Shown here in pieces: positions 1-8,707 of a stretch of DNA of 64,000 nucleotides. Position 1 is the stretch's first letter, and every line of letters begins with the position of its first letter. Both the position numbers and the translations under genes were made by a program. The stretch comes from a virus. The notes beneath the pieces are model-generated. The model searched no databases and was not told where the DNA came from. It worked only from the letters and a program-made list of their open reading frames with translations. The stretch spans positions 9,043 to 73,042 of the IMG/VR virus record IMGVR_UViG_3300027710_001279, one strand, 5' to 3'.

Positions 1-2
1 CA

Positions 3-1457
3 TACTTTAACGACAGCCAAAGACAGGCAACTAAGGATGCTGGCAAAATTGCAGGCTTGGAGGTACTCCGTATTATCAACGAACCAACTGCGGCTGCATT
101 GGCCTATGGTGTTGACAAAGCAGATAAGGCTGATCGCAAGATTGCTGTGTATGATTTGGGTGGTGGAACATTTGACGTATCAATCATTGAGATTGCCAAC
201 GTTGACGGCGATAAACAAATTGAAGTGTTGTCCACTAATGGTGACACATTCTTAGGTGGTGAAGACTTTGACCAACGTATCATGGATTACTTGGTAGCGG
301 AGTTTAAGAAAGACAATGGAGTTGATCTTACCAAAGACATGTTGGCCCTACAACGTCTTAAAGAAGCCGCTGAAAAGGCCAAGATTGAATTGTCAAGTTC
401 TGCACAGACAGATGTTAACTTGCCTTACATCACAGCAGACGCCAGTGGTCCTAAGCATATGAATGTTAAGATCACTCGTGCTAAACTTGAGCAGTTAGTT
501 GACGAGCTAATTCAACGTAGTATTGCCCCATGTAAAACTGCCATGTCAGATGCAGGTGTCACTGCTGGCGACATTGACGAAGTTATTCTAGTTGGTGGTA
601 TGACACGTATGCCTAAGGTTGCTGAAACAGTTGAGAAGTTGTTTGGCAAGGCACCACGTAAGGATGTTAACCCAGATGAAGCAGTGGCCGCTGGTGCTGC
701 CATTCAAGGTGATGTGCTAGGTGGTGGACGCACAGACGTTCTATTGCTAGATGTTACACCATTGAGCTTGGGTATTGAGACTATGGGTGGTGTAATGACT
801 AAGTTGATTCAAAAGAATACAACTATTCCTACTAAGGCAAGTCAAACATTCTCTACAGCTGAAGACAATCAACCTGCTGTAACTGTCAAGGCATTCCAAG
901 GTGAGCGTGAGTTCGTTCAATATAACAAGCTGTTAGGTGACTTTAACCTCGAAGGCATTCCTCCAGCACGTCGTGGTACTCCTCAAATTGAGATTACCTT
1001 TGATATTGATGCAAACGGTATTATGCACGTTAGCGCCAAAGATAAGAACACAGGCAAAGAAAACAAGATCACTATCAAATCTAGCAGTGGTTTAAGCGAA
1101 GCTGAAATCCAAGACATGATCAAGGACGCAGAACTTAACGCTGAAGAAGATAAGAAAAAGCGTGAACTTGTTGAAGCACGTAACGGTGCTGAAAATGCCA
1201 TTTACTCTATCAAAGAGGACAAAGAAAAATACATCGACCTAGTTACTGCCGAAGAAAAGGCCAATCTTGAAGATGCTATTAAGGCCGTAGAAGATGCATC
1301 CAAGGGAGATGATCCTAAGGTTATTCAAGATCTTGTGCAGGCAATGTTTAAGGCCATGGGTCCTTTGATGACAAAGAAACAACAAGAAGACGAGAAGGCC
1401 AAAGATAAACCTGCGGACGACAATGTTGTTGACGCAGAAGTAAAAGAGGCTGTATAA
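3..1457 (+). CDS. dnaK: Molecular chaperone DnaK (Hsp70), 5'-truncated by window edge
   Basis: Frame open from nt 3 ([14 protein letters not shown]); motifs [26 protein letters not shown]-terminal DAEVKE. Confidence 0.98.
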   Translation, partial: YFNDSQRQATKDAGKIAGLEVLRIINEPTAAALAYGVDKADKADRKIAVYDLGGGTFDVSIIEIANVDGDKQIEVLSTNGDTFLGGEDFDQRIMDYLVAEFKKDNGVDLTKDMLALQRLKEAAEKAKIELSSSAQTDVNLPYITADASGPKHMNVKITRAKLEQLVDELIQRSIAPCKTAMSDAGVTAGDIDEVILVGGMTRMPKVAETVEKLFGKAPRKDVNPDEAVAAGAAIQGDVLGGGRTDVLLLDVTPLSLGIETMGGVMTKLIQKNTTIPTKASQTFSTAEDNQPAVTVKAFQGEREFVQYNKLLGDFNLEGIPPARRGTPQIEITFDIDANGIMHVSAKDKNTGKENKITIKSSSGLSEAEIQDMIKDAELNAEEDKKKRELVEARNGAENAIYSIKEDKEKYIDLVTAEEKANLEDAIKAVEDASKGDDPKVIQDLVQAMFKAMGPLMTKKQQEDEKAKDKPADDNVVDAEVKEAV

Positions 1458-1461
1458 TTGT

Positions 1462-1469
1462 TATAAATA
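1462..1469 (+). promoter_or_regulatory. T4-type late promoter motif TATAAATA upstream of hsp20
   Basis: Exact TATAAATA in the intergenic gap; TAAATA recurs before many genes (e.g. ~2022, ~3533, ~5141, ~11207). Confidence 0.55.
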
Positions 1470-1473
1470 AAAT

Positions 1474-1549
1474 TGTAGGACACCTAAATGGGTCCTACAG
1501 TTGGGCATAGCGCCCAAATGATTCTTACTTATTAAAGGAGAAAATTATG
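1474..1549 (+). promoter_or_regulatory. ROSE-like RNA thermometer candidate in hsp20 5'UTR
   Basis: Three hairpins (TGTAGGAC/GTCCTACA; TTGGGC/GCCCAA; TTCTTACTT pairing with AAGGAGAA, one bulged A) with the last one covering the SD. Confidence 0.5.
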
Positions 1550-1981
1550 AATCAATTAGTACGTTTCGACACCAATGCTCTAAACAGAGCTCTAGTAGGA
1601 TTTGACACAATGTTCGACAACTTCGAACAACGTCTTGCAAGTCAAATCAACAACTCATATCCACCATACAACATTCTAAAACACGATGACAATTCTTACG
1701 AATTGGAAATTGCTGTCACTGGTTTTACACCAGAAGAAGTTGTAGTTGAGCTTGATCAAAATCAGCTTGTAGTCACAGGCAAACGTAGTCGTGATGAAGA
1801 CACTGAAACACAGTATCTACATCGTGGACTAGCAACTCGTGATTTTACACGCAGTTGGACATTAGCTGAACACATGGAAGTAGGGGAAGGCCGTATTAAA
1901 AACGGTGTTCTTACTATTGCTTTAACTCGTGTTGTTCCAGAAGCTCTTAAACCAAGAGTTTTGAAGATCAAAGCTGAGTAA
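1547..1981 (+). CDS. Small heat-shock protein Hsp20/IbpA family
   Basis: YPPYNI, YLHRGLATRDFTRSWTLAEH, NGVLTI motifs; strong SD. Confidence 0.95.
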   Translation: MNQLVRFDTNALNRALVGFDTMFDNFEQRLASQINNSYPPYNILKHDDNSYELEIAVTGFTPEEVVVELDQNQLVVTGKRSRDEDTETQYLHRGLATRDFTRSWTLAEHMEVGEGRIKNGVLTIALTRVVPEALKPRVLKIKAE

Positions 1982-1987
1982 TCCTAC

Positions 1988-2008
1988 GGGGGCTCCGGCC
2001 CCCTTTTG
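1988..2008 (+). terminator. Intrinsic terminator after hsp20
   Basis: GGGGGC-TCCG-GCCCCC followed by TTTTG. Confidence 0.75.
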
Positions 2009-2032
2009 TTAAACCCGTTATTAAATACAATC

Positions 2033-2338
2033 ATGGCAACAGATACAATCATTGAAAAGAAATCCAAAGTTACCGACACTATTAAAGCGCCTGGTAAATT
2101 TAAAGTTGTCGTCTGCAATGACGATGTAACTCCCGTTGAATTTGTAATATCCATGCTGGTCATGGTATTCCGACACACTGAAAAATCTGCACTAGAACTA
2201 ACACTGAAAATCCATAACAGTGGTAGTGCTGTTGCTGGTATTTTTAGCTACGAAGTTGCAGAGCAAAAAGCACTTGATGCAACCAATCTTGCTAGGGCCA
2301 ACGGTTATCCTCTGATAATTAAAGTAGAACCAGAATGA
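2033..2338 (+). CDS. clpS: ATP-dependent Clp protease adaptor ClpS
   Basis: KVVVCNDDVTPVEFVI, IHNSGSAVAG, YEVAEQK, ANGYPL; ATG 2033 chosen because it follows the terminator. Confidence 0.93.
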   Translation: MATDTIIEKKSKVTDTIKAPGKFKVVVCNDDVTPVEFVISMLVMVFRHTEKSALELTLKIHNSGSAVAGIFSYEVAEQKALDATNLARANGYPLIIKVEPE

Positions 2339-2346
2339 GGAACTAA

Positions 2347-2883
2347 ATGAGCTTAAAAGATTTAACCAGTGCTAAACACACAGAGGCTGAATCTACTCCG
2401 TTTATGAAGGCAGTGTTTGCAAAAACCCTGCCTTTTGATTTGTGGGTAGATTGGACATATCAAAAGTGGCTATTCTACGGAGCCATTGAAGGCGCCGCAG
2501 GTGCTAATAGACTGTTAGGAGATTTGCCAGACATTCGCAGGGCATTTTATTTGTTCATGGATTATAATGAGATGAACACTGACCGTAAAAAACACGAGTT
2601 TCGTCCCATTGTCGTTGACTACTACAATTATCTAATTTCTATTGCCAAAGATCCTAACAAGGTTATGGCTCATTTGTATACCTGGCACATGGGTGATATG
2701 TTTGGCGGCCAAATGATCAAGAAGATTGTTCCAGGCGCACATCGTAACTTAGAGTTTGAAGATGCTCGAACACTAATGACCAACATACGCAATAAACTAG
2801 ACGACAGTATGGGTGAAGAGGCTAACATAGCCTTTGACTGGGCCATACGAATGATGAGGGATTATGACAGTAGTTTGGGATAA
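2347..2883 (+). CDS. Heme oxygenase (biliverdin-producing, HemO/Ho1-like)
   Basis: LKDLTSAKHTEAE (proximal His) and AHLYTWHMGDMFGGQMIKK (distal helix). Confidence 0.9.
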   Translation: MSLKDLTSAKHTEAESTPFMKAVFAKTLPFDLWVDWTYQKWLFYGAIEGAAGANRLLGDLPDIRRAFYLFMDYNEMNTDRKKHEFRPIVVDYYNYLISIAKDPNKVMAHLYTWHMGDMFGGQMIKKIVPGAHRNLEFEDARTLMTNIRNKLDDSMGEEANIAFDWAIRMMRDYDSSLG

Positions 2884-3535
2884 GATCAGTAAGTTAGCCG
2901 CAGACATTACAGACAAGTTTAATGCTACCGGAGAAAAAGCTCAAGGATCGTTAGAAGAACAATACGGCTGGCATAACACCCTTTGGTCCAGCAACAGCTA
3001 TCGCAGAGCTCACGTTGAAATTGTAGACTTCCGTGAAACTTATAAGATATATATTTTACACGTTACAGTATTTCCACACTTTAACGACCCTAGTCCTATC
3101 TACGGATTTGATGCCGTATGTGGACCTAACAAAATAACAGGTGCGTTCCACGATTTTAGCCATGCTGGCGACCCTCAAAGTTTTATGTATCTTTGGTTCA
3201 AAGCCCGGGTCAACGGACTAGAATGGAATAAACCTAGACAACTACCCGAATGGGCGCAACAGATCTTTAGTCCTGCTATGGTAGCCGCAGGCAATCTACA
3301 GGATGAATCTGAAATAGATCAACTATGTGCTACTGCATTAACTACTCTAGATTTCTATCTAAAAAATGTAGGCAAAGAGCAACAAGATGTAGCTGATTAT
3401 CACATGGCTCAAAATCGTTATTGCCACTATCAAAAGCAGAATCCGCACGTAGTTAACAGTATGATTAGCATGGGCGTACCTGAGCCCAAAATGAAGCAGT
3501 TTGTGAGAGAAATTCTATTCCCTGAATTTCACTAA
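2864..3535 (+). CDS. Ferredoxin-dependent bilin reductase (PcyA/PcyX-like)
   Basis: RRAHVE, ILHVTVFP, PIYGFD, GAFHDFS, LPEWA..IFS, QNRYC..QKQNPH; overlaps the heme oxygenase gene. Confidence 0.88.
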   Translation: MTVVWDKISKLAADITDKFNATGEKAQGSLEEQYGWHNTLWSSNSYRRAHVEIVDFRETYKIYILHVTVFPHFNDPSPIYGFDAVCGPNKITGAFHDFSHAGDPQSFMYLWFKARVNGLEWNKPRQLPEWAQQIFSPAMVAAGNLQDESEIDQLCATALTTLDFYLKNVGKEQQDVADYHMAQNRYCHYQKQNPHVVNSMISMGVPEPKMKQFVREILFPEFH

Positions 3536-3545
3536 ATACTGAACT

Positions 3546-4667
3546 ATGAGATCACGTGAATTTTTAATCGAAAAAGCCCCAACGCCCACTCCGGGGATGA
3601 AAAACAAAAATGCCGGACTTGCGGCCAGCAAGGTTCCAATGGGTCAGCCACCGGAAGTTGAACCTATACTTAAAAAGTTAGGTTACAAGGAAATTAAAAA
3701 AGCAGGCAATTTCCTTATTGTAGTTGTAGAGATTCCTCCTAAGAGTAAAAATATGGAATTCCGTGTCGAGGTGATGAAAAAAATAGCGGCAGGGTTACAG
3801 GCTACGTTCCCGGGAACTATATATAATCCTATACAAAGCACTAAAAGCTCTATTGGATTTGTAGAAATTCCAAACAATCCTATTAAAGTTCTTGTTAAAG
3901 ATTTTAAAAAACAAGGCACAAAACGTGCCGGTGTTGCCAATGAACATCAACTAGTTGCGTTAATCCAAGAACAGATACAAGCATACGGTAAAGTTGACGT
4001 ATTTTTCCAAGATGATAGAGGTAGAAGATTAGAAGTACCTGACGTTATTAATATTGTAGCAAGTGGCACAGATACCAAAGACCGAAAGAAAGCTGACGTT
4101 GTGTTACATAGTGCTTTATCAAAAGTTCCTGTATCTATTAAACAAGAAAATGCAGAAGTTTGGGAAAGTGCAGATACTTTATTTGGTGCCAGAGCAAGAA
4201 AGATCATTGATAAATTAAAGAAAGATGGACTTGTTAACTTAAATCAAATTAATCAAATTCAGGTCAAAGGACAGTTACTACCTGTTTATAAACTAGACAA
4301 AGAAATTGTTGTTCAGCCTACTTCGCAAGATGCTATGCAGGCAGTGTTTGGCTCAGATTTAAACCCAGAAGGCGGTATCATTGTACAAGATTTTCAACCT
4401 CACCACTTTGTGCAGTATGATGACACTATTATCATAGACTGTTATGCTGTAATCAAAACTCAAGAAGATATTCCAGAATCTCATTTAATGTACTTTTTGA
4501 TTAAAAACATGCCCGGAAGAGCTAGTTTAGGCTATTACGGTTTAGGTACTCAGGCAGTTACTATGTCTAGAGCATTTGGTAAACAACTAACTAAAACTCC
4601 AATTTTTGTAGATCAAGCAGGTAATACGGTCCCGGCTCCAAAACCACGAAATCCAGCGGTTGAATAA
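3546..4667 (+). CDS. Hypothetical protein, possible PD-(D/E)xK nuclease, CTS-like N-terminus
   Basis: ANE...KADVVL...VSIKQ pattern; starts MRSREFLIE. Confidence 0.45.
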   Translation: MRSREFLIEKAPTPTPGMKNKNAGLAASKVPMGQPPEVEPILKKLGYKEIKKAGNFLIVVVEIPPKSKNMEFRVEVMKKIAAGLQATFPGTIYNPIQSTKSSIGFVEIPNNPIKVLVKDFKKQGTKRAGVANEHQLVALIQEQIQAYGKVDVFFQDDRGRRLEVPDVINIVASGTDTKDRKKADVVLHSALSKVPVSIKQENAEVWESADTLFGARARKIIDKLKKDGLVNLNQINQIQVKGQLLPVYKLDKEIVVQPTSQDAMQAVFGSDLNPEGGIIVQDFQPHHFVQYDDTIIIDCYAVIKTQEDIPESHLMYFLIKNMPGRASLGYYGLGTQAVTMSRAFGKQLTKTPIFVDQAGNTVPAPKPRNPAVE

Positions 4668-4733
4668 ATTTCCCCGATCTTTTTCTAGACTTAAATAAGT
4701 CTACAGAGTTAAATACTCTTATATAGGAAAGAT

Positions 4734-5105
4734 ATGGAAATACTGTTTTTGCTGTTATTATTCCAAATCAAGCATTGGTATGCTGATTTTAAAATTCAAA
4801 CCTACATGCAGACAGTTAAGAAAGGCGTGTGGCTAGACCCAGTTGGCATGAGCCACACTGCCGACCATATTTGGACCACGCTGGTCTGTTTATTTGTATT
4901 CAATTTCATTCATCCTATTCCAGCACTTACTATCATTGTAGTAGCATTATTAGAAGGCCTCTATCATTATATGATAGACTACACCAAAGTAAAATACGGT
5001 TGTAAAGACAACACTAAACCTTTGTTCTGGAACCAATTTGGTCTAGATCAACTAGCACATCAAACATCTTATCTTGTCATTGCTTGGTATTTGCTGATTC
5101 TTTAA
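4734..5105 (+). CDS. DUF3307-like membrane protein
   Basis: KHWYADF..Q, HYMIDYTK, GLDQLAH; hydrophobic helices. Confidence 0.75.
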   Translation: MEILFLLLLFQIKHWYADFKIQTYMQTVKKGVWLDPVGMSHTADHIWTTLVCLFVFNFIHPIPALTIIVVALLEGLYHYMIDYTKVKYGCKDNTKPLFWNQFGLDQLAHQTSYLVIAWYLLIL

Positions 5106-5172
5106 CTTATCTGTATAGTTAATTTCTCTAAAATAGCCCGTAAATACTACGAAGGTTATTTCGGAGGAATCA

Positions 5173-5652
5173 ATGAAAAACACTTTAATCGCCGTAGGGC
5201 TAATGCTAACACTGGCATCAGCACAGGCCGAACTAGTTCACCAATTTAAAAATCCAGCCTTTAGCGGCATTGGATACAGCAGTCACGTTCTAACAATTGA
5301 CAGCATTGAAAAGTCACGTCGTGATGCCATTGAGGCAGATAAGAAGTCTGCTATTGCCAAAGCTGAAGCAGAACTACTAAACACTCCGCTGAATAGATTC
5401 ATGAGTCTATTCCAAAGTCAAGTATACGCTCAACTTGCTACACAATTAAGCAACAACTTATTCACAAACAAATGTAGTGCCGCAGATGGTACAGCAATTC
5501 CTGGTTGCGTAAATCCAACAACAGGTAATTTTGTATTAGATGGTAACACAGTTACCTGGGTCAAGGCCAATGACAAAGTTACACTAACAGTGGTAGATGC
5601 CAAAGGCAATAGAACCACTGTTGTAGTGCCGATTGCTAGTTTTAGTTTTTAA
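5173..5652 (+). CDS. csgF: Curli assembly protein CsgF-like
   Basis: Signal peptide then AELVHQFKNPAFSG (cf. CsgF FxFxNPxFGG); RFMSLFQSQVYAQLA; precedes csgG. Confidence 0.82.
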   Translation: MKNTLIAVGLMLTLASAQAELVHQFKNPAFSGIGYSSHVLTIDSIEKSRRDAIEADKKSAIAKAEAELLNTPLNRFMSLFQSQVYAQLATQLSNNLFTNKCSAADGTAIPGCVNPTTGNFVLDGNTVTWVKANDKVTLTVVDAKGNRTTVVVPIASFSF

Positions 5653-5662
5653 GGAGTAAAGA

Positions 5663-6601
5663 ATGAACGCAATTAAATTATCCTTAATAACACTAGCCGT
5701 AGTAGCCCTGGCAGGTTGCTCAACAGTTCGTCCATGGGGCAGCACACAGATCAAAGAAGAAGCTACGGTCAGCGAAACAATTAACAAAAGCTTCAATAAT
5801 GTTCCAAGTCCAGCAGGACCGGCAGTGACAGTGGCAGTATACGGTTTCAAAGACATGACTGGACAGCGTAAGCCAAGCTCAACACTGAGCTTATTCTCTA
5901 CAGCAGTTACACAAGGTGCCGAAGCGTACCTAATTAAAAGTTTACAAGAAGTTGGCAATCGTCAATGGTTCACAGTTGTTGAGCGTGTTGGCCTAGACAA
6001 CTTGTTGAAAGAGCGTCAGATGATCAAACAGACTCGTGAGATCTATGAAGGCGCAAATGCCAAACCTTTACCTCCACTACAGATGGCGGGTGTTATTCTT
6101 GAAGGCGGCATTATTGATTATAACTCTAATACACTAACAGGCGGCACAGGTGCTCGTTGGTTGGGTATTGGAACACAAACAGCCTACACTCAAGACGTGG
6201 TTGTGATCAGTTTACGTCTGGTGAGTGTTCAAACTGGGGAAGTATTAACTACTGTAACAGTGGAAAAGAACTTGCTCAGTACCGCCGATGGCGCTACTGC
6301 ATTTAAATTCTTTAATCAGGCTACACAGGCATTTGAGTTCGATTCAAGCCAGACATTTAATGAACCTGGCAACTATGCACTACGTTCAGCAATTGAGACA
6401 GGTGTTGTTGAGTTAATTAAGAAAGGCGAACGTAACAGCTTATGGAAATTCAAGGAGAAACCTAATGAGTTGGTTCAAAAGGAAACCCCACGTGAAGGAG
6501 CCGCCAAAACTCCACCCGCACCACAGCAGTCCAATATCGGAAAGCGTGATGAAGGAAGCAAAGAAAAAAGTAATTGGAGTAGACTCCAATTCTGGAAGTA
6601 A
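5663..6601 (+). CDS. csgG: Curli secretion channel CsgG-like lipoprotein
   Basis: Lipobox LAGC; VAVYGFKDMTGQRK, STAVTQGA, WFTVVERVGLDNLLKERQ, EGGIIDY, LRLVSVQTGEV. Confidence 0.92.
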   Translation: MNAIKLSLITLAVVALAGCSTVRPWGSTQIKEEATVSETINKSFNNVPSPAGPAVTVAVYGFKDMTGQRKPSSTLSLFSTAVTQGAEAYLIKSLQEVGNRQWFTVVERVGLDNLLKERQMIKQTREIYEGANAKPLPPLQMAGVILEGGIIDYNSNTLTGGTGARWLGIGTQTAYTQDVVVISLRLVSVQTGEVLTTVTVEKNLLSTADGATAFKFFNQATQAFEFDSSQTFNEPGNYALRSAIETGVVELIKKGERNSLWKFKEKPNELVQKETPREGAAKTPPAPQQSNIGKRDEGSKEKSNWSRLQFWK

Positions 6602-6618
6602 GAAGAAAAAAGATTAGG

Positions 6619-6666
6619 TGTTAATTTTTTTACTGTAAATTTTTTTACACTGTTAAAAAATTAACA
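6619..6666. promoter_or_regulatory. Three tandem 16-bp TGT-N10-ACA-type palindromes upstream of the curlin-like gene
   Basis: TGTTAATTTTTTTACT (6619), TGTAAATTTTTTTACA (6634), TGTTAAAAAATTAACA (6651). Confidence 0.4.
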
Positions 6667-6739
6667 TCGGTGTTTAACTTGTAAGAGAATACATTTAAAT
6701 ATTGTAGGAGGGGACATTATTAAGTCCAAAGGAAACAAA

Positions 6740-7528
6740 ATGAAACAAATATTATTAGCACTAGCAATATTAACAGCGTTCCCGGCCATGGCCCAAACAG
6801 CGGTTACAGCCCCGAGTGCTCCAACAATTCCCGCAATGGCTACAGTTAGCCCTAACGCAACAGCCGCACTGGCTATTGCCACAACTAACCGTATCTTTAT
6901 TGATCAAAGTGGTGACAATCCTGATGTCAATATGACACAAGATGGTACTGGTAACAAAGCAGGGTCAGCTGCTCGTCCAGTATATCTACGTGGTATTGAC
7001 CAAACAGTTGTTACTCGTCAAATTGGTGTCAACAACGACATCAACTTAGAGTTAGTTAATGACACTACTGGCTCTGGCAAAGGCGTAACTGTTACAATTC
7101 AACAGATCGGCGACAGCAACATTGTTGATGCAGCCTGCGGTTATGGCACAGCAAGTACAGGTGGAACAGCACTGACAGGTTGTAATGCTGCTGACTTAAA
7201 CTGGAAGTTCACTGGCGACAGCAACGACTTTCAATTCCGTGGCACAGGCGCTGACCTAAAAAGCGCAGTTGATGTAACAGGCGACAGCAACGTATTCCGT
7301 ATTGATGCTATTGGTGACAAGCACAGTCAGACTATTAAGGTAGCAGGTGACACTAACACATTTAATATCAATCAACGCAGTACAGGTGCCGCAGGTTCTA
7401 GCATTTGGGTTGACCTAACTGGTAACAGCAACAGCTTTACAATGAGCCAAACTGGAACTATTGATAGCGTTATCAATATCAAGAGTGTATCTAACTCAGG
7501 TACATTTAACATCACTCAGAAAAACTAA
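6740..7528 (+). CDS. Secreted curlin-repeat protein (CsgA/CsgB-like)
   Basis: Signal peptide; repeated Q-x-G-x-x-N units (QSGDN, QDGTGN, QIGVNN, QIGDSN, VTGDSN). Confidence 0.75.
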   Translation: MKQILLALAILTAFPAMAQTAVTAPSAPTIPAMATVSPNATAALAIATTNRIFIDQSGDNPDVNMTQDGTGNKAGSAARPVYLRGIDQTVVTRQIGVNNDINLELVNDTTGSGKGVTVTIQQIGDSNIVDAACGYGTASTGGTALTGCNAADLNWKFTGDSNDFQFRGTGADLKSAVDVTGDSNVFRIDAIGDKHSQTIKVAGDTNTFNINQRSTGAAGSSIWVDLTGNSNSFTMSQTGTIDSVINIKSVSNSGTFNITQKN

Positions 7529-7537
7529 GGTGGCAAC

Positions 7538-8707
7538 ATGAGAGTTGCCTCTCTTATCATTGGCTTGTTAATGGCCGGTACCGCTTGGGCAGACATTGGT
7601 TCTGTCACCGAAGCATCTGGTACTGCCATTATCAAGCGTGGTAAAGATACAATTCAAATTGTCAAAGGCACTGAAATTAAAACTAATGATAAGGTTGAGA
7701 CTAAGAATGGTAAAGTTAAGATCGTTTTTAAAGACGATACAAATGTTACTGTTACTGAGTCGAGTAGCCTTGTTATTGACGACTTTGTATATGATCCTAA
7801 AAGCGGCGCGGGCAAGCTAGGACTCAAAGCTGCCGCAGGAACAGTTCGATATGTATCAGGTAGCATTGCCAAAGATCCTAAGAATGTAAAAATCAACACA
7901 CCTACTGCGGCCATTGCTGTTCGTGGAACAGACTTTGTTATGGCTGTTAGTGAAACAGGTAGCAGTATGATCATGTTGATGCCAACTTGTGAAATAGAAC
8001 AGAATGTAAACCTTAAAGGACTAACCTGCGGTAGTGGTGCTATTGATGTAGAAACCCCAGCAGGCATTGTTAAACTAAATCGTCCATATCAAGCTACACT
8101 AGTTGAAACACTAAACGGCATGCCTAGTCCTGCTGTTATTGTTGCTCTTAATGGTATGGCCATTGGCAACAACCTAATGGTTAATCCTCCACGCACAACT
8201 ACAGGTATGAATGTCATACAGGCTGCTCGTGCTGCTGCTGAAAAAACAGGCGATGCCAAGAAAGACGACAAAGATAAAAAAGACGACAAAGATGATGCCA
8301 AAGATCAAGAGAAGCAAGCAGTAGCCAGCAAAGGCGAAAAAGGCAGCGGAAACAGATCTTACAAGCAAGGTCGTAGTGCCAACGAAGGCGACGAAGACAC
8401 TGCTAATGGAACTAAAGTTGGTGTAGATGTAAACACTAACAAAGATGCGCTGTCTAATGATGTAGCAGCAGTAGGAGACACTGAAAATCCCTACGTTAAA
8501 AAGTTATTCAAAGATAAAAGTGAAACACAGCAAGTTGGTTGGTTATATGAAAGTCTAAGTCCTAACAGTCGTAACTATGCTAACGTTGTTATGCCAATGA
8601 ATACACAGGTTCAAGTTACAGTAACACAAGACATGCAGACTAACCAATGGAACTTTGCTCCAGGTAAGCCACAAGGACAGATTGTTATCAATCAGAACTT
8701 CAGATGA
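7538..8707 (+). CDS. FecR-domain secreted/periplasmic protein
   Basis: Signal peptide; IGSVTE, IVFKDDT, LVIDDFVYDP, TPTAAIAVRGTDF. Confidence 0.85.
   Translation: MRVASLIIGLLMAGTAWADIGSVTEASGTAIIKRGKDTIQIVKGTEIKTNDKVETKNGKVKIVFKDDTNVTVTESSSLVIDDFVYDPKSGAGKLGLKAAAGTVRYVSGSIAKDPKNVKINTPTAAIAVRGTDFVMAVSETGSSMIMLMPTCEIEQNVNLKGLTCGSGAIDVETPAGIVKLNRPYQATLVETLNGMPSPAVIVALNGMAIGNNLMVNPPRTTTGMNVIQAARAAAEKTGDAKKDDKDKKDDKDDAKDQEKQAVASKGEKGSGNRSYKQGRSANEGDEDTANGTKVGVDVNTNKDALSNDVAAVGDTENPYVKKLFKDKSETQQVGWLYESLSPNSRNYANVVMPMNTQVQVTVTQDMQTNQWNFAPGKPQGQIVINQNFR

Noticed and set aside
8256-8310. AAAGAYGAY-like repeats in the FecR gene
   Set aside because: They encode a low-complexity K/D linker and are not a DNA repeat element.
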